DNA of 64,000 nt, taken from assembly GCA_964397485.1 (NCBI GenBank), contig CAYNHT010000002.1:73743-137742 (forward strand). Reading direction: 5' to 3'. The position numbers and the translations under genes were made by a program. Below are positions 40,703 to 53,835 of this stretch, piece after piece (within the stretch, counting starts at the first letter, position 1; each line of letters opens with the position of its first letter). A model generated the notes under the pieces. That model saw only the letters and a program-made list of their open reading frames with translations, was not told the origin of the DNA and did not search any database. This stretch comes from an uncultured Muribaculaceae bacterium (GTDB lineage: Bacteria > Bacillota_I > Bacilli_A > RF39 > UBA660).

Positions 40703-41039
40703 TTTGTTTCTCCTTTGTAATGTTTACTTTTTTTAATATATATAATAATTCAGTTTCCATATCTGTGAAACTTTTATCCAAAATACCCTTCCTTACCATT
40801 ATAATACAATTAAATCCATTTTGGTAGTTTTTTTTGTCAATTATATTTTTTAATTGCCTTTTTATTTTGTTTCTTAATACTGCTCCACCAATTTTTTTGC
40901 TAACTGAAAAACCAAAATGATAAATATCATCGTTATTTTTTTCTATATATATTATATAATCTTTATATTTATATGGTTTACAACTTTTTATTATTCTATT
41001 GTAATCAGTATTTTTTTTTATTATATTTATTTTTTTCAT
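40695..41039 (-). CDS. rnpA: ribonuclease P protein
   Basis: FGFSVSKKIGGAVLRNKIKR. Confidence 0.93.
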   Translation of the reverse strand: MKKINIIKKNTDYNRIIKSCKPYKYKDYIIYIEKNNDDIYHFGFSVSKKIGGAVLRNKIKRQLKNIIDKKNYQNGFNCIIMVRKGILDKSFTDMETELLYILKKVNITKEKQNE

Positions 41040-41061
41040 GTTCACACCCTTAATTCATAGT

Positions 41062-41085
41062 AAAAAACCACTGTAAAACAGTGGT
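41062..41085 (-). terminator. terminator after rpmH
   Basis: ACCACTGT/ACAGTGGT stem with U-tract. Confidence 0.65.
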
Positions 41086-41090
41086 GTATT

Positions 41091-41213
41091 TTAATGTGAT
41101 AATACTTTACGACCTTTACGACGTCTATTATTTATGATTTTAGTTTTCATTCTAGCAAAAAAACCTTGTTTTTTACTTTTTTTTCTAGTATTTGGTTGAT
41201 AAGTTCTTTTCAT
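41091..41213 (-). CDS. rpmH: 50S ribosomal protein L34, 40 aa (not in ORF track)
   Basis: translates to [40 protein letters not shown]; GGAGGT RBS; canonical position. Confidence 0.95.
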   Translation of the reverse strand: MKRTYQPNTRKKSKKQGFFARMKTKIINNRRRKGRKVLSH

Positions 41214-41289
41214 AAGATCACACCTCCTGAATATAAATTTGCCATTGCTCTAATCATTATATAGATAAAATATACTTTTGTCAAATGTT

Positions 41290-41510
41290 TTGTTATTATT
41301 TTTTTTCCACAGTATAAAATGACTTAATATTAAATATAAGAATCCTTTTTTCAACATAAATGTGGAAAAATTAATTTATTTTATTAACATTGTTTAAAAG
41401 TTTTCCACATTTGTGTGTATAAGTAGATGTTTCTTTTGTTTTTAATATATTTTATATTGTGGAAAATATATATTTGTGCGTTTTTTCTTGGCTTTTCCAC
41501 AAAAATAATG
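41290..41510. promoter_or_regulatory. oriC, DnaA-box cluster upstream of dnaA
   Basis: TTTTCCACA at 41303(+), 41361(-), 41401(+), 41458(-), 41493(+), plus degenerate boxes; gene-strand switch. Confidence 0.88.
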
Positions 41511-41550
41511 TAAAATATTAGTAGACATTAGTTAAGTGGGGTGTTTTTAT

Positions 41551-42903
41551 ATGGATATTAACAATATTTGGAATTTGTTTTTACTTAAAGTAAAAGAGAA
41601 TATATCACCTATGCTTTATGAAATATGGTTTATGGAAACAAAATTATTATCCCTCGAAGGTAATAAAGCAAAGGTTTTAGTTCCTATGCATGTGCATAAA
41701 AAGCATCTAAAAGAAAACTATAATGATTTTATTGAAGAAATATTCACAGATGTTACAGGTTCTAATTTTCAATTTGAATATTCTACCGAAGAAGAATTAC
41801 AAGCAAATATTGAAATCGAAGAAAAACAAGTAGGAGTTCCATTATCATTTAATTTTGAATCAAATTTAAACCCTAAGTACTTGTTTGAAAATTTTATTGT
41901 GGGTGAGAGTAATAAATTTGCGAAAACTACTTCTTTAGCGGTTGCTGAAAAACCTGGCTATATGTATAATCCATTATTTATATATGGAAATAGTGGTTTA
42001 GGCAAAACTCATTTAATGCATGCTATTGGTAATTATATAATTAAAAATAGTAATAAAAAAGTTCTGTATGTTACAAGTGAGCAATTTGTAAATGATTTTA
42101 TCGAATTGTATAGAAAAAATAAAGAAGGCAACAATTTCAATAGTGTAGAAAACTTTAAAAAGAAATATAGGGAAATAGATGTTCTAATGATTGACGATAT
42201 ACAATATCTTGAAATTGCCGCTAAAACACAACAAGAATTTTTTAATACTTTTAATGAATTACATACAAATAACAAACAAATAATAATTTCGTCTGATAGA
42301 TCACCTGATGATTTGAAACAACTAGAAGATAGGTTACGAACAAGATTTAATTGGGGTCTTACTATTGATATTTTGCCCCCTGATTTTAAATTAAGGATGG
42401 CAATTATTGATAAAAAAATTGAAGGTCATATTTTAGCTAGTTCTTTTCCTTCAGATGTTAAAGAATATATAGCTAGTAACTGCACAAGCGATATTAGAAA
42501 GTTAGAGGGGGCAATAACAAGAATATTTGCTTACGCAACAATGATGAGTGGATCTGATATTACTTTGGATTTAGCTGTAGAAGCTTTGAAAGATTATTTT
42601 GTGAAAAGTATAATAAGTAAAAATAAAATTGATCAAGTGCAACAATTAGTTGCTAATAATTACAATATAAGTGTAGAAGATTTAAAAAGTAAAAAGAGAG
42701 TTGCTAGCATTTCTGTTCCTAGACAAATAGCAATGTACATTTGCAGAATAGTTTTAGAAGAATCTTTACCTAAAATAGGAATGGAATTTGGTGGTAAAGA
42801 TCATACAACTGTAATGCACTCTGTTGATAAAATTAAAAAAGAAATAAAAAATAATAGTAGTTTAGAACTTGAAATCCAAAAAATAATTAATAATATAAAA
42901 TGA
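41551..42903 (+). CDS. dnaA: chromosomal replication initiator DnaA
   Basis: YNPLFIYGNSGLGKTHL, IDDIQ, RKLEGA, SLPKIG..FGGKDHTTV. Confidence 0.98.
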   Translation: MDINNIWNLFLLKVKENISPMLYEIWFMETKLLSLEGNKAKVLVPMHVHKKHLKENYNDFIEEIFTDVTGSNFQFEYSTEEELQANIEIEEKQVGVPLSFNFESNLNPKYLFENFIVGESNKFAKTTSLAVAEKPGYMYNPLFIYGNSGLGKTHLMHAIGNYIIKNSNKKVLYVTSEQFVNDFIELYRKNKEGNNFNSVENFKKKYREIDVLMIDDIQYLEIAAKTQQEFFNTFNELHTNNKQIIISSDRSPDDLKQLEDRLRTRFNWGLTIDILPPDFKLRMAIIDKKIEGHILASSFPSDVKEYIASNCTSDIRKLEGAITRIFAYATMMSGSDITLDLAVEALKDYFVKSIISKNKIDQVQQLVANNYNISVEDLKSKKRVASISVPRQIAMYICRIVLEESLPKIGMEFGGKDHTTVMHSVDKIKKEIKNNSSLELEIQKIINNIK

Positions 42904-43040
42904 TATATGTGGAAAAAAAAGAATTTATAAAATTTTTTCAACAATATAAAAAACAATAAATGCATTTATTTTTAATAAAAAGAAGAGTTTTCCACATAAT
43001 CCACACTAATAATAATAAATAATTATAAAAAAGATAATAA
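42904..43040. promoter_or_regulatory. oriC, downstream part with DnaA boxes, trio-like repeats and AT-rich unwinding region
   Basis: boxes 42908(-), 42988 TTTTCCACA, 42997 TAATCCACA, followed directly by CTAATAATAATAA. Confidence 0.82.
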
Positions 43041-43056
43041 TAATAGGAGGTATTTT

Positions 43057-44178
43057 ATGAAAATTATAATAAAACAAAATATACTAATGGAACATTTAAA
43101 TTATGTAATAAAAGGAATTTCTAATAAAAATTTAATTCCTATATTAAATTGTATAAAATTTGAATTAACTAATGATGGTCTTTATTTAATGAGTACTGAT
43201 AATGAAATAGCAATAAAAACATTTATTAGTTCTAATAAGATAGAACAGATAGAAAAATGTGGAAGCATAGTTGTATCAGGTAAATATATATACGATATTA
43301 TTAAAAAATTACCAAATGAACTAATTAATATGGAAGAAGTTGTCGATTCAAAATTATATATATATACTGATAGTTCTTCTTTTAATTTAAATTGTAATAA
43401 AGTAGAGGAGTTTCCTACTTTAGAATTAGAAGATAATAAAAATCCAATCATATTGAATAAAACTTCATTTAAAAATATGATAAATCAGACTATTTTTGCT
43501 ACATCTACTCAAGAATCAAGACCTGTACTTACTGGATTAAATATAAAAATAGAAAATGATATTCTAGAATGTACTGCCACTGATTCATATAGATTAGCTA
43601 AAAAGAACATTATAATAGATAGAAAATTGGAAGAAAGTGTTAATATAATAATACCAACCAAAAATATCAATGAAATTAATAAATTAATACTTGCTGATGA
43701 TAATAGTGTTGAATTACATATTTTTAATAACAAAGTAATATTCAAATTTGATAACATTATAATATTATCAAGATTAATAAATGGAACATATCCCGATACT
43801 TCAAAGTTAATACCAACTGATTTTATGTTAAGAGTAAAAATAAAACTAGATAGTTTCTACGATGCAATAGATAGAGCCTCATTACTTACTAATGAAGCTG
43901 ATAAAAATACAATTAAATTTGAAACAAATAAAAATCAAGTAAAAGTTTCTTCTAATATTCCTGAAATAGGAAATGTTGAAGAAACATTAATTGTTGAAAA
44001 AAATAATGAAGAAGAGATAAAAATAGCTTTTTCGTCAAAGTATATGCTAGATGCACTTAGATCTTTGCAGTGTGAAAATATTGAATTATTATTTAATGGT
44101 GATATAAAGCCAATAATTATTAAAAATTTGGATGATGATAGTGTTATTCAATTAATTTTACCAATTAGGACATATTAA
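43057..44178 (+). CDS. dnaN: DNA polymerase III beta clamp
   Basis: SRPVLTG, ATDSYRLA, SRLING.YPD, LILPIRTY. Confidence 0.96.
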   Translation: MKIIIKQNILMEHLNYVIKGISNKNLIPILNCIKFELTNDGLYLMSTDNEIAIKTFISSNKIEQIEKCGSIVVSGKYIYDIIKKLPNELINMEEVVDSKLYIYTDSSSFNLNCNKVEEFPTLELEDNKNPIILNKTSFKNMINQTIFATSTQESRPVLTGLNIKIENDILECTATDSYRLAKKNIIIDRKLEESVNIIIPTKNINEINKLILADDNSVELHIFNNKVIFKFDNIIILSRLINGTYPDTSKLIPTDFMLRVKIKLDSFYDAIDRASLLTNEADKNTIKFETNKNQVKVSSNIPEIGNVEETLIVEKNNEEEIKIAFSSKYMLDALRSLQCENIELLFNGDIKPIIIKNLDDDSVIQLILPIRTY

Positions 44179-44323
44179 GGAAGAATAATTTATAAATATT
44201 CTTCTTTTTTTTTACTTTTTTTTGTAAAAACAGACAAAAAATGATAAATTTTGACAAAAAAGAGGTGTATAAGAAAGGAAATTTGATATTTTTTTCGAAA
44301 AATATCTATAAGGAGGTGTGAAA

Positions 44324-44773
44324 ATGATAAATAATTATGAGATTAATAACTCTACATTAGCAATTATTCCTGTTGGCGACAAAGTTTCAAAAATAATTGA
44401 GGAAGAAAATAATTTTGTTATAAATAAAATTCCAACAGAAGTAGTTGATGATAGTTGTAAATTTTTTGGAAGTTCTTATTTAGGAAGATTTGAAGGAACA
44501 AAAAGTTTATTAGGTGTAAATTACAAATCTCCAATTATAATAGAGGAGACAAAAGAAATAATATTTTTTCCTACTAGCTCCCCAAGATTTAATAATTGCT
44601 TTTGGATTTCTTTAAACAACATTGAAAATTATTCAAAGAATGAACATAAAACCATAATTAGTTTTAAAAATGGTCAGCGTATTGAATTGAATATTTCATA
44701 TGGATCTTTAGAAAATCAAATTTTGAGAGCAACAAGACTTGAATCAATCTTAAGAAAAAGAAAATTATTATAA
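44324..44773 (+). CDS. comK: ComK-family competence transcription factor
   Basis: YEIN..TLAIIP, SKIIE, DSCKFFGSSY.GR..GT, K.PI, FFPT.SP....C.WIS follow the B. subtilis ComK pattern; AGGAGG RBS. Confidence 0.85.
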   Translation: MINNYEINNSTLAIIPVGDKVSKIIEEENNFVINKIPTEVVDDSCKFFGSSYLGRFEGTKSLLGVNYKSPIIIEETKEIIFFPTSSPRFNNCFWISLNNIENYSKNEHKTIISFKNGQRIELNISYGSLENQILRATRLESILRKRKLL

Positions 44774-44800
44774 AACAAGCCATTTCGGCTTGTTTTTTTA
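44772..44800. terminator. terminator after comK
   Basis: AAAACAAGCC-atttc-GGCTTGTTTT plus T-tract. Confidence 0.75.
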
Positions 44801-44904
44801 TTTTTTTACCTAAAAATGTGGTATAATAGTATATGTGTATAGGAGTACAACATAGATGTGTTTTTTTAATTCCAAGCATTAAAATAAAGAAAGAGGGCTA
44901 TATA

Positions 44905-47947
<3,043 letters not shown>

Positions 47948-47956
47948 GGGTGAATT

Positions 47957-50422
47957 ATGACAGAAAATTTAAAAGAAATAAATATATCCAACGAAATAGA
48001 AAAATCTTTTTTAGATTATGCGATGAGTGTAATTGTATCCAGAGCTTTACCCGATGTTAGAGATGGTTTTAAACCAGTTCATCGAAGAATTATATATTCA
48101 ATGTACGAACTAGGCTTATTTCCTGAAAAATCATATCGTAAATGTGCAAGAATTGTAGGGGACGTATTAGGTAAGTATCATCCTCATGGGGATTCTTCTG
48201 TTTATGAAGCTCTTGTGCGATTGGCTCAAGATTTTTCAATAAGATATATGCTTGTAGATGGTCATGGTAACTTTGGATCTGTTGATGGTGATGGGGCAGC
48301 AGCAATGCGATATACGGAAGCTAAAATGACTAAAATTGCAAGTGAAATGATAAGAGATATCAATAAAAACACTATTGATTTTGGTGATAATTTTGATGGA
48401 AGTGAAAAGGAACCTATGGTTTTACCATCGAGATTTCCGAATCTTTTAGTAAATGGATCAACAGGAATAGCAGTAGGAATGGCAACAAATATTCCTCCGC
48501 ATAATCTTGGTGAAGTAATTGATGGAATAATAAATTTAATAGAAAATCCAGATATAACTATATATGAATTAATGCAAAATATAAAAGGTCCAGATTTTCC
48601 AACTGGAGCTGTAATTTTAGGTAATTCAGGAATAAAAAAAGCTTATGAAACTGGGAAAGGTTTAATTACAATTCGTTCTAAAGCAATTATCGAAGAAAAT
48701 AAGAATGGAAAACAGCAAATAATAATAACTGAAATTCCATATCAAGTAAATAAAGCTAATTTAATTTCTAAAATAGCAGATTTAGTTAGGGATAAAGTAA
48801 TTGAAGGTATATCTGATTTAACTGACGAGACAAATAGAGATGGAATGCGAATTGTTATAGAAGTTAAAAGAGATGCAAATGCAAATGTTATTTTAAACAA
48901 TTTATATAAACATACATCTTTACAAACAACATATGGAATTAATTTATTAGCATTGGTAGATGGACAACCTCAAGTGTTAACCTTAAAACAAATGCTAGAA
49001 AAATATTTAGAGCATCAAAAGGTAGTTATTGTTAGACGTACACAATTCGACCTTGATAAAGCTAAGAATAGAGCTCATATATTAGAAGGATTAAAAATAG
49101 CCCTTGATCATATTGATGAAATAGTTCAAATGTTGAAAAAAGCTAACAATGATAATGAAGCAACTAACCAATTAATGGAAAAATTTGAATTATCAGAAAT
49201 ACAAGCTAAAGCTATCCTTGAAATGAAATTAAGACGTTTAACAGGTTTAGAAAGAGATAAAATTGAAGAAGAGTTAAAAGAATTAATGATTTTAATAGCA
49301 GATTTAATAGATATATTAGCAAACGAAAATCGTATACTTGGAATAATCAAAGAAGAATTATCAGAAATAAAAACAAAGTATAACGATGATAGAAGAAGTA
49401 ACATAGATATGTCTGCAATTGACTATATTGAGGATGAATCATTAATACCTGTAGAAGATATAGTTATAACTCTAACAAATAAAGGATACATAAAGAGAAT
49501 AACAAGTGAAACTTATAAAACACAAAATCGTGGTGGTGTTGGTGTTAAAGGGATGACAACAAACGAGGAGGATTTTGTTGAAAGTTTAATTTCTATGACA
49601 ACTCATGATTATTTATTGTTTTTCACAAATAAAGGAAAAGTTTATAGAGTAAAAGGTTATGAAATTCCTGTGTTTAATAGACAATCAAAAGGATTACCAA
49701 TAGTTAATTTACTTCCAATTGAAAAAGAAGAAATTGTTAAGGTAATGTTAAAAGTAAGCAATGATGACGAATTTAAATATATTGTATTTTGTACGCAAAA
49801 CGGTTTAGTTAAACGTACGGAATTATCTGAATTTGATAATATAAGGACAACTGGTAAATTAGCGATTACCTTAAAAGATAATGATGAATTATTAGCCGTT
49901 AAAAAAACTGATGGAATGAAGGAAATTCTTATCGCATCTTCAAACGGAAGAATGATAAGATTTGATGAAAATGAAATTAGGGTAATGGGTAGAAGTGCAT
50001 CAGGTGTTAAAGGAATCGAAGTTGATGAAGGAATTTGTGTTGGATGTGAAATAGCCGAAAAAGGACAAGAAATATTAGTTGTAACGGAAAATGGGTACGG
50101 AAAGAAAACAAATTTAGAAGAATACAGAATAACTCATAGAGGAAGTAAAGGTGTTAAAGCTTTAAATATAACTGAAAAAAACGGAAATATTGTCTCGTTT
50201 AAATCAGTTCATGGTAATGAAGATTTAATGATAATAACAAACAACGGAATTATTATAAGATTATCGCTCGATCAAGTATCTACAACTGGCAGAGTAGCAC
50301 AAGGGGTAAGACTAATAAACTTAAAGAACGAGCAAAAAGTTAGTACTGTAGCTACTATAATAAAAGAAGAAGAAACAATTGAAGAATCAGAAAATTTAGA
50401 AACAAAAGAAAATAATAATTAG
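47957..50422 (+). CDS. gyrA: DNA gyrase subunit A
   Basis: YHPHGDS, AAMRYTE, GyrA-box QNRGGVG. Confidence 0.97.
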   Translation: MTENLKEINISNEIEKSFLDYAMSVIVSRALPDVRDGFKPVHRRIIYSMYELGLFPEKSYRKCARIVGDVLGKYHPHGDSSVYEALVRLAQDFSIRYMLVDGHGNFGSVDGDGAAAMRYTEAKMTKIASEMIRDINKNTIDFGDNFDGSEKEPMVLPSRFPNLLVNGSTGIAVGMATNIPPHNLGEVIDGIINLIENPDITIYELMQNIKGPDFPTGAVILGNSGIKKAYETGKGLITIRSKAIIEENKNGKQQIIITEIPYQVNKANLISKIADLVRDKVIEGISDLTDETNRDGMRIVIEVKRDANANVILNNLYKHTSLQTTYGINLLALVDGQPQVLTLKQMLEKYLEHQKVVIVRRTQFDLDKAKNRAHILEGLKIALDHIDEIVQMLKKANNDNEATNQLMEKFELSEIQAKAILEMKLRRLTGLERDKIEEELKELMILIADLIDILANENRILGIIKEELSEIKTKYNDDRRSNIDMSAIDYIEDESLIPVEDIVITLTNKGYIKRITSETYKTQNRGGVGVKGMTTNEEDFVESLISMTTHDYLLFFTNKGKVYRVKGYEIPVFNRQSKGLPIVNLLPIEKEEIVKVMLKVSNDDEFKYIVFCTQNGLVKRTELSEFDNIRTTGKLAITLKDNDELLAVKKTDGMKEILIASSNGRMIRFDENEIRVMGRSASGVKGIEVDEGICVGCEIAEKGQEILVVTENGYGKKTNLEEYRITHRGSKGVKALNITEKNGNIVSFKSVHGNEDLMIITNNGIIIRLSLDQVSTTGRVAQGVRLINLKNEQKVSTVATIIKEEETIEESENLETKENNN

Positions 50423-50424
50423 AA

Positions 50425-50514
50425 TGTTTCACGTGGAACATCAAACAAAGTATAAATCTAATGTTTCACGTGGAACATTAGATAAAGTATAAAATGAATG
50501 TTTCACGTGAAACA
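50425..50514. repeat. three parS sites in a 37-bp tandem repeat
   Basis: TGTTTCACGTGGAACA at 50425 and 50462; TGTTTCACGTGAAACA at 50499. Confidence 0.92.
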
Positions 50515-50576
50515 TCAAAAAAAAGTATTTTTATTTTAAAACAGTTGATTAAAAAAGAAAAATGGTATATATTAAT

Positions 50577-50657
50577 AAAGACACGACATATATGTTTGAA
50601 ATAGGTCAGGATCGGAAGATAGCAGCCTTAAAATCCTCTGTATGTGCGTGTCTTTTT
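50577..50657 (+). ncRNA. ffs: small (4.5S-type) signal recognition particle RNA
   Basis: GGTCAGGATCGGAAGATAGCAGCC core; closing helix AAAGACACG../..CGTGTCTTT; TTGATT-N17-TATATT promoter; near tadA/dnaX. Confidence 0.88.
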
Positions 50658-50675
50658 TTATGGATGGTGATACTA

Positions 50676-51128
50676 ATGGAAGAAAAATATATGTTAGAAG
50701 CATTAAAAGAAGCAAAAAAATCATTTGATAAAGGTGATGTACCTGTTGGTGCAATTGTTGTTGATGAAAATAATAATATAATAGCACGAGCACATAATGA
50801 AAAAGAATTGAAAAAGATTGCAACAAAACATGCTGAAATATTAGTTATAGAAAGAGCATGTAAAAAGAAGAAGAGTTGGAGATTAGAAAAATGTACAATA
50901 TATGTGACCCTAGAACCTTGTTTAATGTGTGCCGGAGCTATAATGCAATCAAGAATTCATAAAATTGTATATGCAACTAGTAATGAAAAATTTGGGTTCG
51001 TGGGAAGTATAGAAAATGTTTTAGATAATGAAAAAAATAATCATAAAGTAAAAATTATAAAAGGGGTTTTAGAACAAGAGTCTCAACAAATATTAAGAAT
51101 GTTTTTTAAACAAAAAAGGAAAAGATAA
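50676..51128 (+). CDS. tadA: tRNA adenosine deaminase
   Basis: VPVGA, HAE, TLEPCLMCAGA; start at MEEKYM (GGTGA RBS) because the ORF-track 5' extension overlaps the SRP RNA. Confidence 0.92.
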   Translation: MEEKYMLEALKEAKKSFDKGDVPVGAIVVDENNNIIARAHNEKELKKIATKHAEILVIERACKKKKSWRLEKCTIYVTLEPCLMCAGAIMQSRIHKIVYATSNEKFGFVGSIENVLDNEKNNHKVKIIKGVLEQESQQILRMFFKQKRKR

Positions 51129-51144
51129 AAAATCTTTTCCTTTT
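51114..51144. terminator. terminator after tadA
   Basis: AAAAGGAAAAGAT/ATCTTTTCCTTTT. Confidence 0.65.
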
Positions 51145-51192
51145 AATATAACTTTAAAAATGCTATAATATTTAAGGTAACGAGGTGAAATA

Positions 51193-52881
51193 ATGTATCA
51201 AGCTTTATATAGAAAATATAGACCAGCATCATTTAAAGAAGTTGTGGGCCAGGACGTAATAGTGAAAGTATTAGAAAATGCAATAAAAAATAATAAATTA
51301 ACTCATGCATATCTTTTTTCTGGTCCTAGAGGGACGGGAAAAACTAGTATAGCTAAAATTTTCGCAAAAACTATTAATTGCTATAATATTAAAGAAGGGG
51401 TCTCTTGTAACGAGTGTGTAAGTTGTACACAAATAAATAATAAACAAAGTACCGATATAATAGAAATTGATGCAGCATCTAATAATGGTGTAGATGAAAT
51501 TAGGGAATTAAAAAGTAAAGTTAATTTAGTTCCTTCAAACAGTAAATATAAAATTTATATAATAGATGAAGTTCATATGTTAACAGTAGGAGCATTTAAT
51601 GCTTTGTTGAAGACTTTAGAAGAACCACCCCCACATATTATTTTCATTTTAGCAACAACAGAACCACACAAAATCCCAACAACTATACTTTCTCGCTGTC
51701 AGAGATTTGACTTTAAAAAAATTAGTGAGAATAAAATAGTTGAAAGATTAAATAATATAGTAGTTGGAGAAAAAATACAAATCGATGAGGAATCGTTAAA
51801 AGAAATATCAAGATTAGCTGAAGGTGGATTAAGAGATGCCATAAGTATACTAGATCAAGTATTATCATATGCAGATAATAAAATAACATTGAAGGATGTA
51901 CATGATGTAAACGGCACCTTACCTCAGCAAGAATTAACTGAAATGATTGAAGCGATGATTGATAGAGATATTAATGTCATATTTAATATCATTGAAAAAT
52001 TCAATGATGATGGGAAAAATTTAATAAAGGTAAGTGAAGAAATAATTTTATTTTTAAAAAATATATTAATATATAAAACAGCTCCCTCATTATTAGAACC
52101 AGAAAGTCATAGTTTATATAAAAAGATAGAAAATAAAATATCTGAAGATGAGGTTTTAATATTAATAAAAGAAATGAATATTTCAATTAATGAAATGAAA
52201 AATAGTAGCAATCCAAAATTAATATTGGAATTATTAATTTTAAAAATAGTTAATAAAGGTAAGGTAAGGACAAAAAAGAATGAAATAGAGAAAGTACAAA
52301 AAAAAGATGAAGAACCGAAAAAAATAATACAAAAAGAAATAGTTATGGAAAAAGAAAATAAAATCGAAAAAAACTTAACTAATGAAAAAGAAGAAGAAAT
52401 ATCAGATATTAGTAAAATAAAAAAGAAAATAGAAAAGATTAAGTTAATTCGAATTAATAATGCTTTTTCTGCGATAAGCAAACAAAAACTATTAACTATT
52501 AAAAAGGATATATCAGATATTCAAAGTTTAATTTTAGATCCTGATTATGGAGAGGTAGCATCAATAATTTTAGACGGAGAACTAAAAGCATGTGGTTTGG
52601 ATTATTTAATATTTGTATATAAGACTGAAAGACTGGCAGATATTTTTAATTATAACTTAATAAAAATAGAGGAAGTAATCCATAATCACGTAAAAACTCC
52701 ATTTCGCGTGATTGCTACACATTCAACAGAGTGGGATAATCTAAGAAAAGAGTATAAGAGTAAGACAAAAGAATATAAATATATAGAAGAAGATTTTGAT
52801 ATAAAAAATATCTTAAAAAAGCCAAATGATAAAAAAGATGATATTGAACAATTGTTTGACCAAATTATAGAATATAAATAA
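51193..52881 (+). CDS. dnaX: DNA polymerase III gamma/tau
   Basis: YQALYRKYRP, GPRGTGKTS, EIDAASNNGV, IDEVHML, SRCQRF. Confidence 0.96.
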   Translation: MYQALYRKYRPASFKEVVGQDVIVKVLENAIKNNKLTHAYLFSGPRGTGKTSIAKIFAKTINCYNIKEGVSCNECVSCTQINNKQSTDIIEIDAASNNGVDEIRELKSKVNLVPSNSKYKIYIIDEVHMLTVGAFNALLKTLEEPPPHIIFILATTEPHKIPTTILSRCQRFDFKKISENKIVERLNNIVVGEKIQIDEESLKEISRLAEGGLRDAISILDQVLSYADNKITLKDVHDVNGTLPQQELTEMIEAMIDRDINVIFNIIEKFNDDGKNLIKVSEEIILFLKNILIYKTAPSLLEPESHSLYKKIENKISEDEVLILIKEMNISINEMKNSSNPKLILELLILKIVNKGKVRTKKNEIEKVQKKDEEPKKIIQKEIVMEKENKIEKNLTNEKEEEISDISKIKKKIEKIKLIRINNAFSAISKQKLLTIKKDISDIQSLILDPDYGEVASIILDGELKACGLDYLIFVYKTERLADIFNYNLIKIEEVIHNHVKTPFRVIATHSTEWDNLRKEYKSKTKEYKYIEEDFDIKNILKKPNDKKDDIEQLFDQIIEYK

Positions 52882-52897
52882 AGAAAGAGGGAATAAA

Positions 52898-53194
52898 ATG
52901 AATATTCAAGCAATGATGAAACAAGCTCAAAAATTACAAAAAGATATGATGGAAGCAAAAGAGGAGATAAATAAGACAGTATATACTGGTAGTTCATCTT
53001 TCGTTAAAGTGGAAATGAATGGTAATAAAGAATTATTAAAAGTTCAGATTGATGCAGAGGAAATAAAAAAAGATGAAATAGAGATGTTAGAAGATATGAT
53101 TGTAGTAGCAATCAATGATGTGATGAAAAAAATTGACAAAGAAGTAGAGACTAAAATGGGTAAATATACACAAGGAATGCCAGGATTATTTTAA
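52898..53194 (+). CDS. nucleoid-associated protein YbaB/EbfC
   Basis: MMKQAQKLQ..EMLEDMI..A.N..GMPGLF; between dnaX and recR. Confidence 0.93.
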   Translation: MNIQAMMKQAQKLQKDMMEAKEEINKTVYTGSSSFVKVEMNGNKELLKVQIDAEEIKKDEIEMLEDMIVVAINDVMKKIDKEVETKMGKYTQGMPGLF

Positions 53195-53196
53195 TA

Positions 53197-53796
53197 ATGA
53201 ATTATCCAAGCACAATAAAAAATTTAATTGAATGTTTTAAAAAACTACCCGGAATAGGTGAAAAAACGGCTGAGAGATTAGCTTTATCAACATTAAAGAT
53301 AGATAGTGAAATTTTAGATTTGTTTTCAAATTCAATAAAAGATGTAAAAACAAAAGTAAGAAGATGCAATTTATGCAATAATCTAACAGAAGAAGATATA
53401 TGTGCAATTTGTAAAGATGAGACTCGTGATTCAAATACTTTATGTATAGTAGAAGAACCAAAAAACATAGTTTTATTTGAAAAAATAGGTAAATATAAAG
53501 GTAAGTATCACGTTTTAAATGGATTAATTTCTCCATTAGATGGAATAAACCCTGAGGATATAAACATAAATTCCTTGATTGAAAGAATTTCAAAAGAAGA
53601 AATATTAGAAGTTATTATAGCAGTAAAACCCAGTATAGAAGGGGAGACAACAGCTTTATATATTTCAAAAATGTTAAATGGAACAAATACAGTTGTGTCA
53701 AAAATAGCACATGGAATTCCAATTGGAGCTGATATGGACTACATAGATGCTATGACTTTGGAAATGGCTCTTGAAGATAGAAAAAAAATTTCATAA
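53197..53796 (+). CDS. recR: recombination mediator RecR
   Basis: LPGIGEKTAERLA, C4 zinc finger, YHVL.GLISP, EGETTA. Confidence 0.96.
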   Translation: MNYPSTIKNLIECFKKLPGIGEKTAERLALSTLKIDSEILDLFSNSIKDVKTKVRRCNLCNNLTEEDICAICKDETRDSNTLCIVEEPKNIVLFEKIGKYKGKYHVLNGLISPLDGINPEDININSLIERISKEEILEVIIAVKPSIEGETTALYISKMLNGTNTVVSKIAHGIPIGADMDYIDAMTLEMALEDRKKIS

Positions 53797-53818
53797 ACCA
53801 CTATAAAGTTCATATCAT
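53791..53818 (+). promoter_or_regulatory. sigmaE promoter of bofA
   Basis: TCATA-N15-CATATCAT. Confidence 0.55.
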
Positions 53819-53835
53819 ATATTGAGGTGGACAAA

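Noticed and set aside
44200-44310. ComK AT-boxes (AAAA-N5-TTTT pairs) upstream of comK
   Set aside because: No convincingly spaced pair found by eye; such motifs are also frequent by chance at this AT content
44833-44904. N-terminal extension of RecF
   Set aside because: No RBS; RecF homology and an RBS-like sequence fit ATG 44905
50423-50533. Palindromic repeats with spacers as a mini-CRISPR array
   Set aside because: Repeats are exact 16-bp parS sites, spacers are only 21 bp and similar to each other, and no cas genes are present
50562-50675. N-terminal extension of TadA in the ORF track
   Set aside because: Overlaps the SRP RNA; a proper RBS precedes ATG 50676
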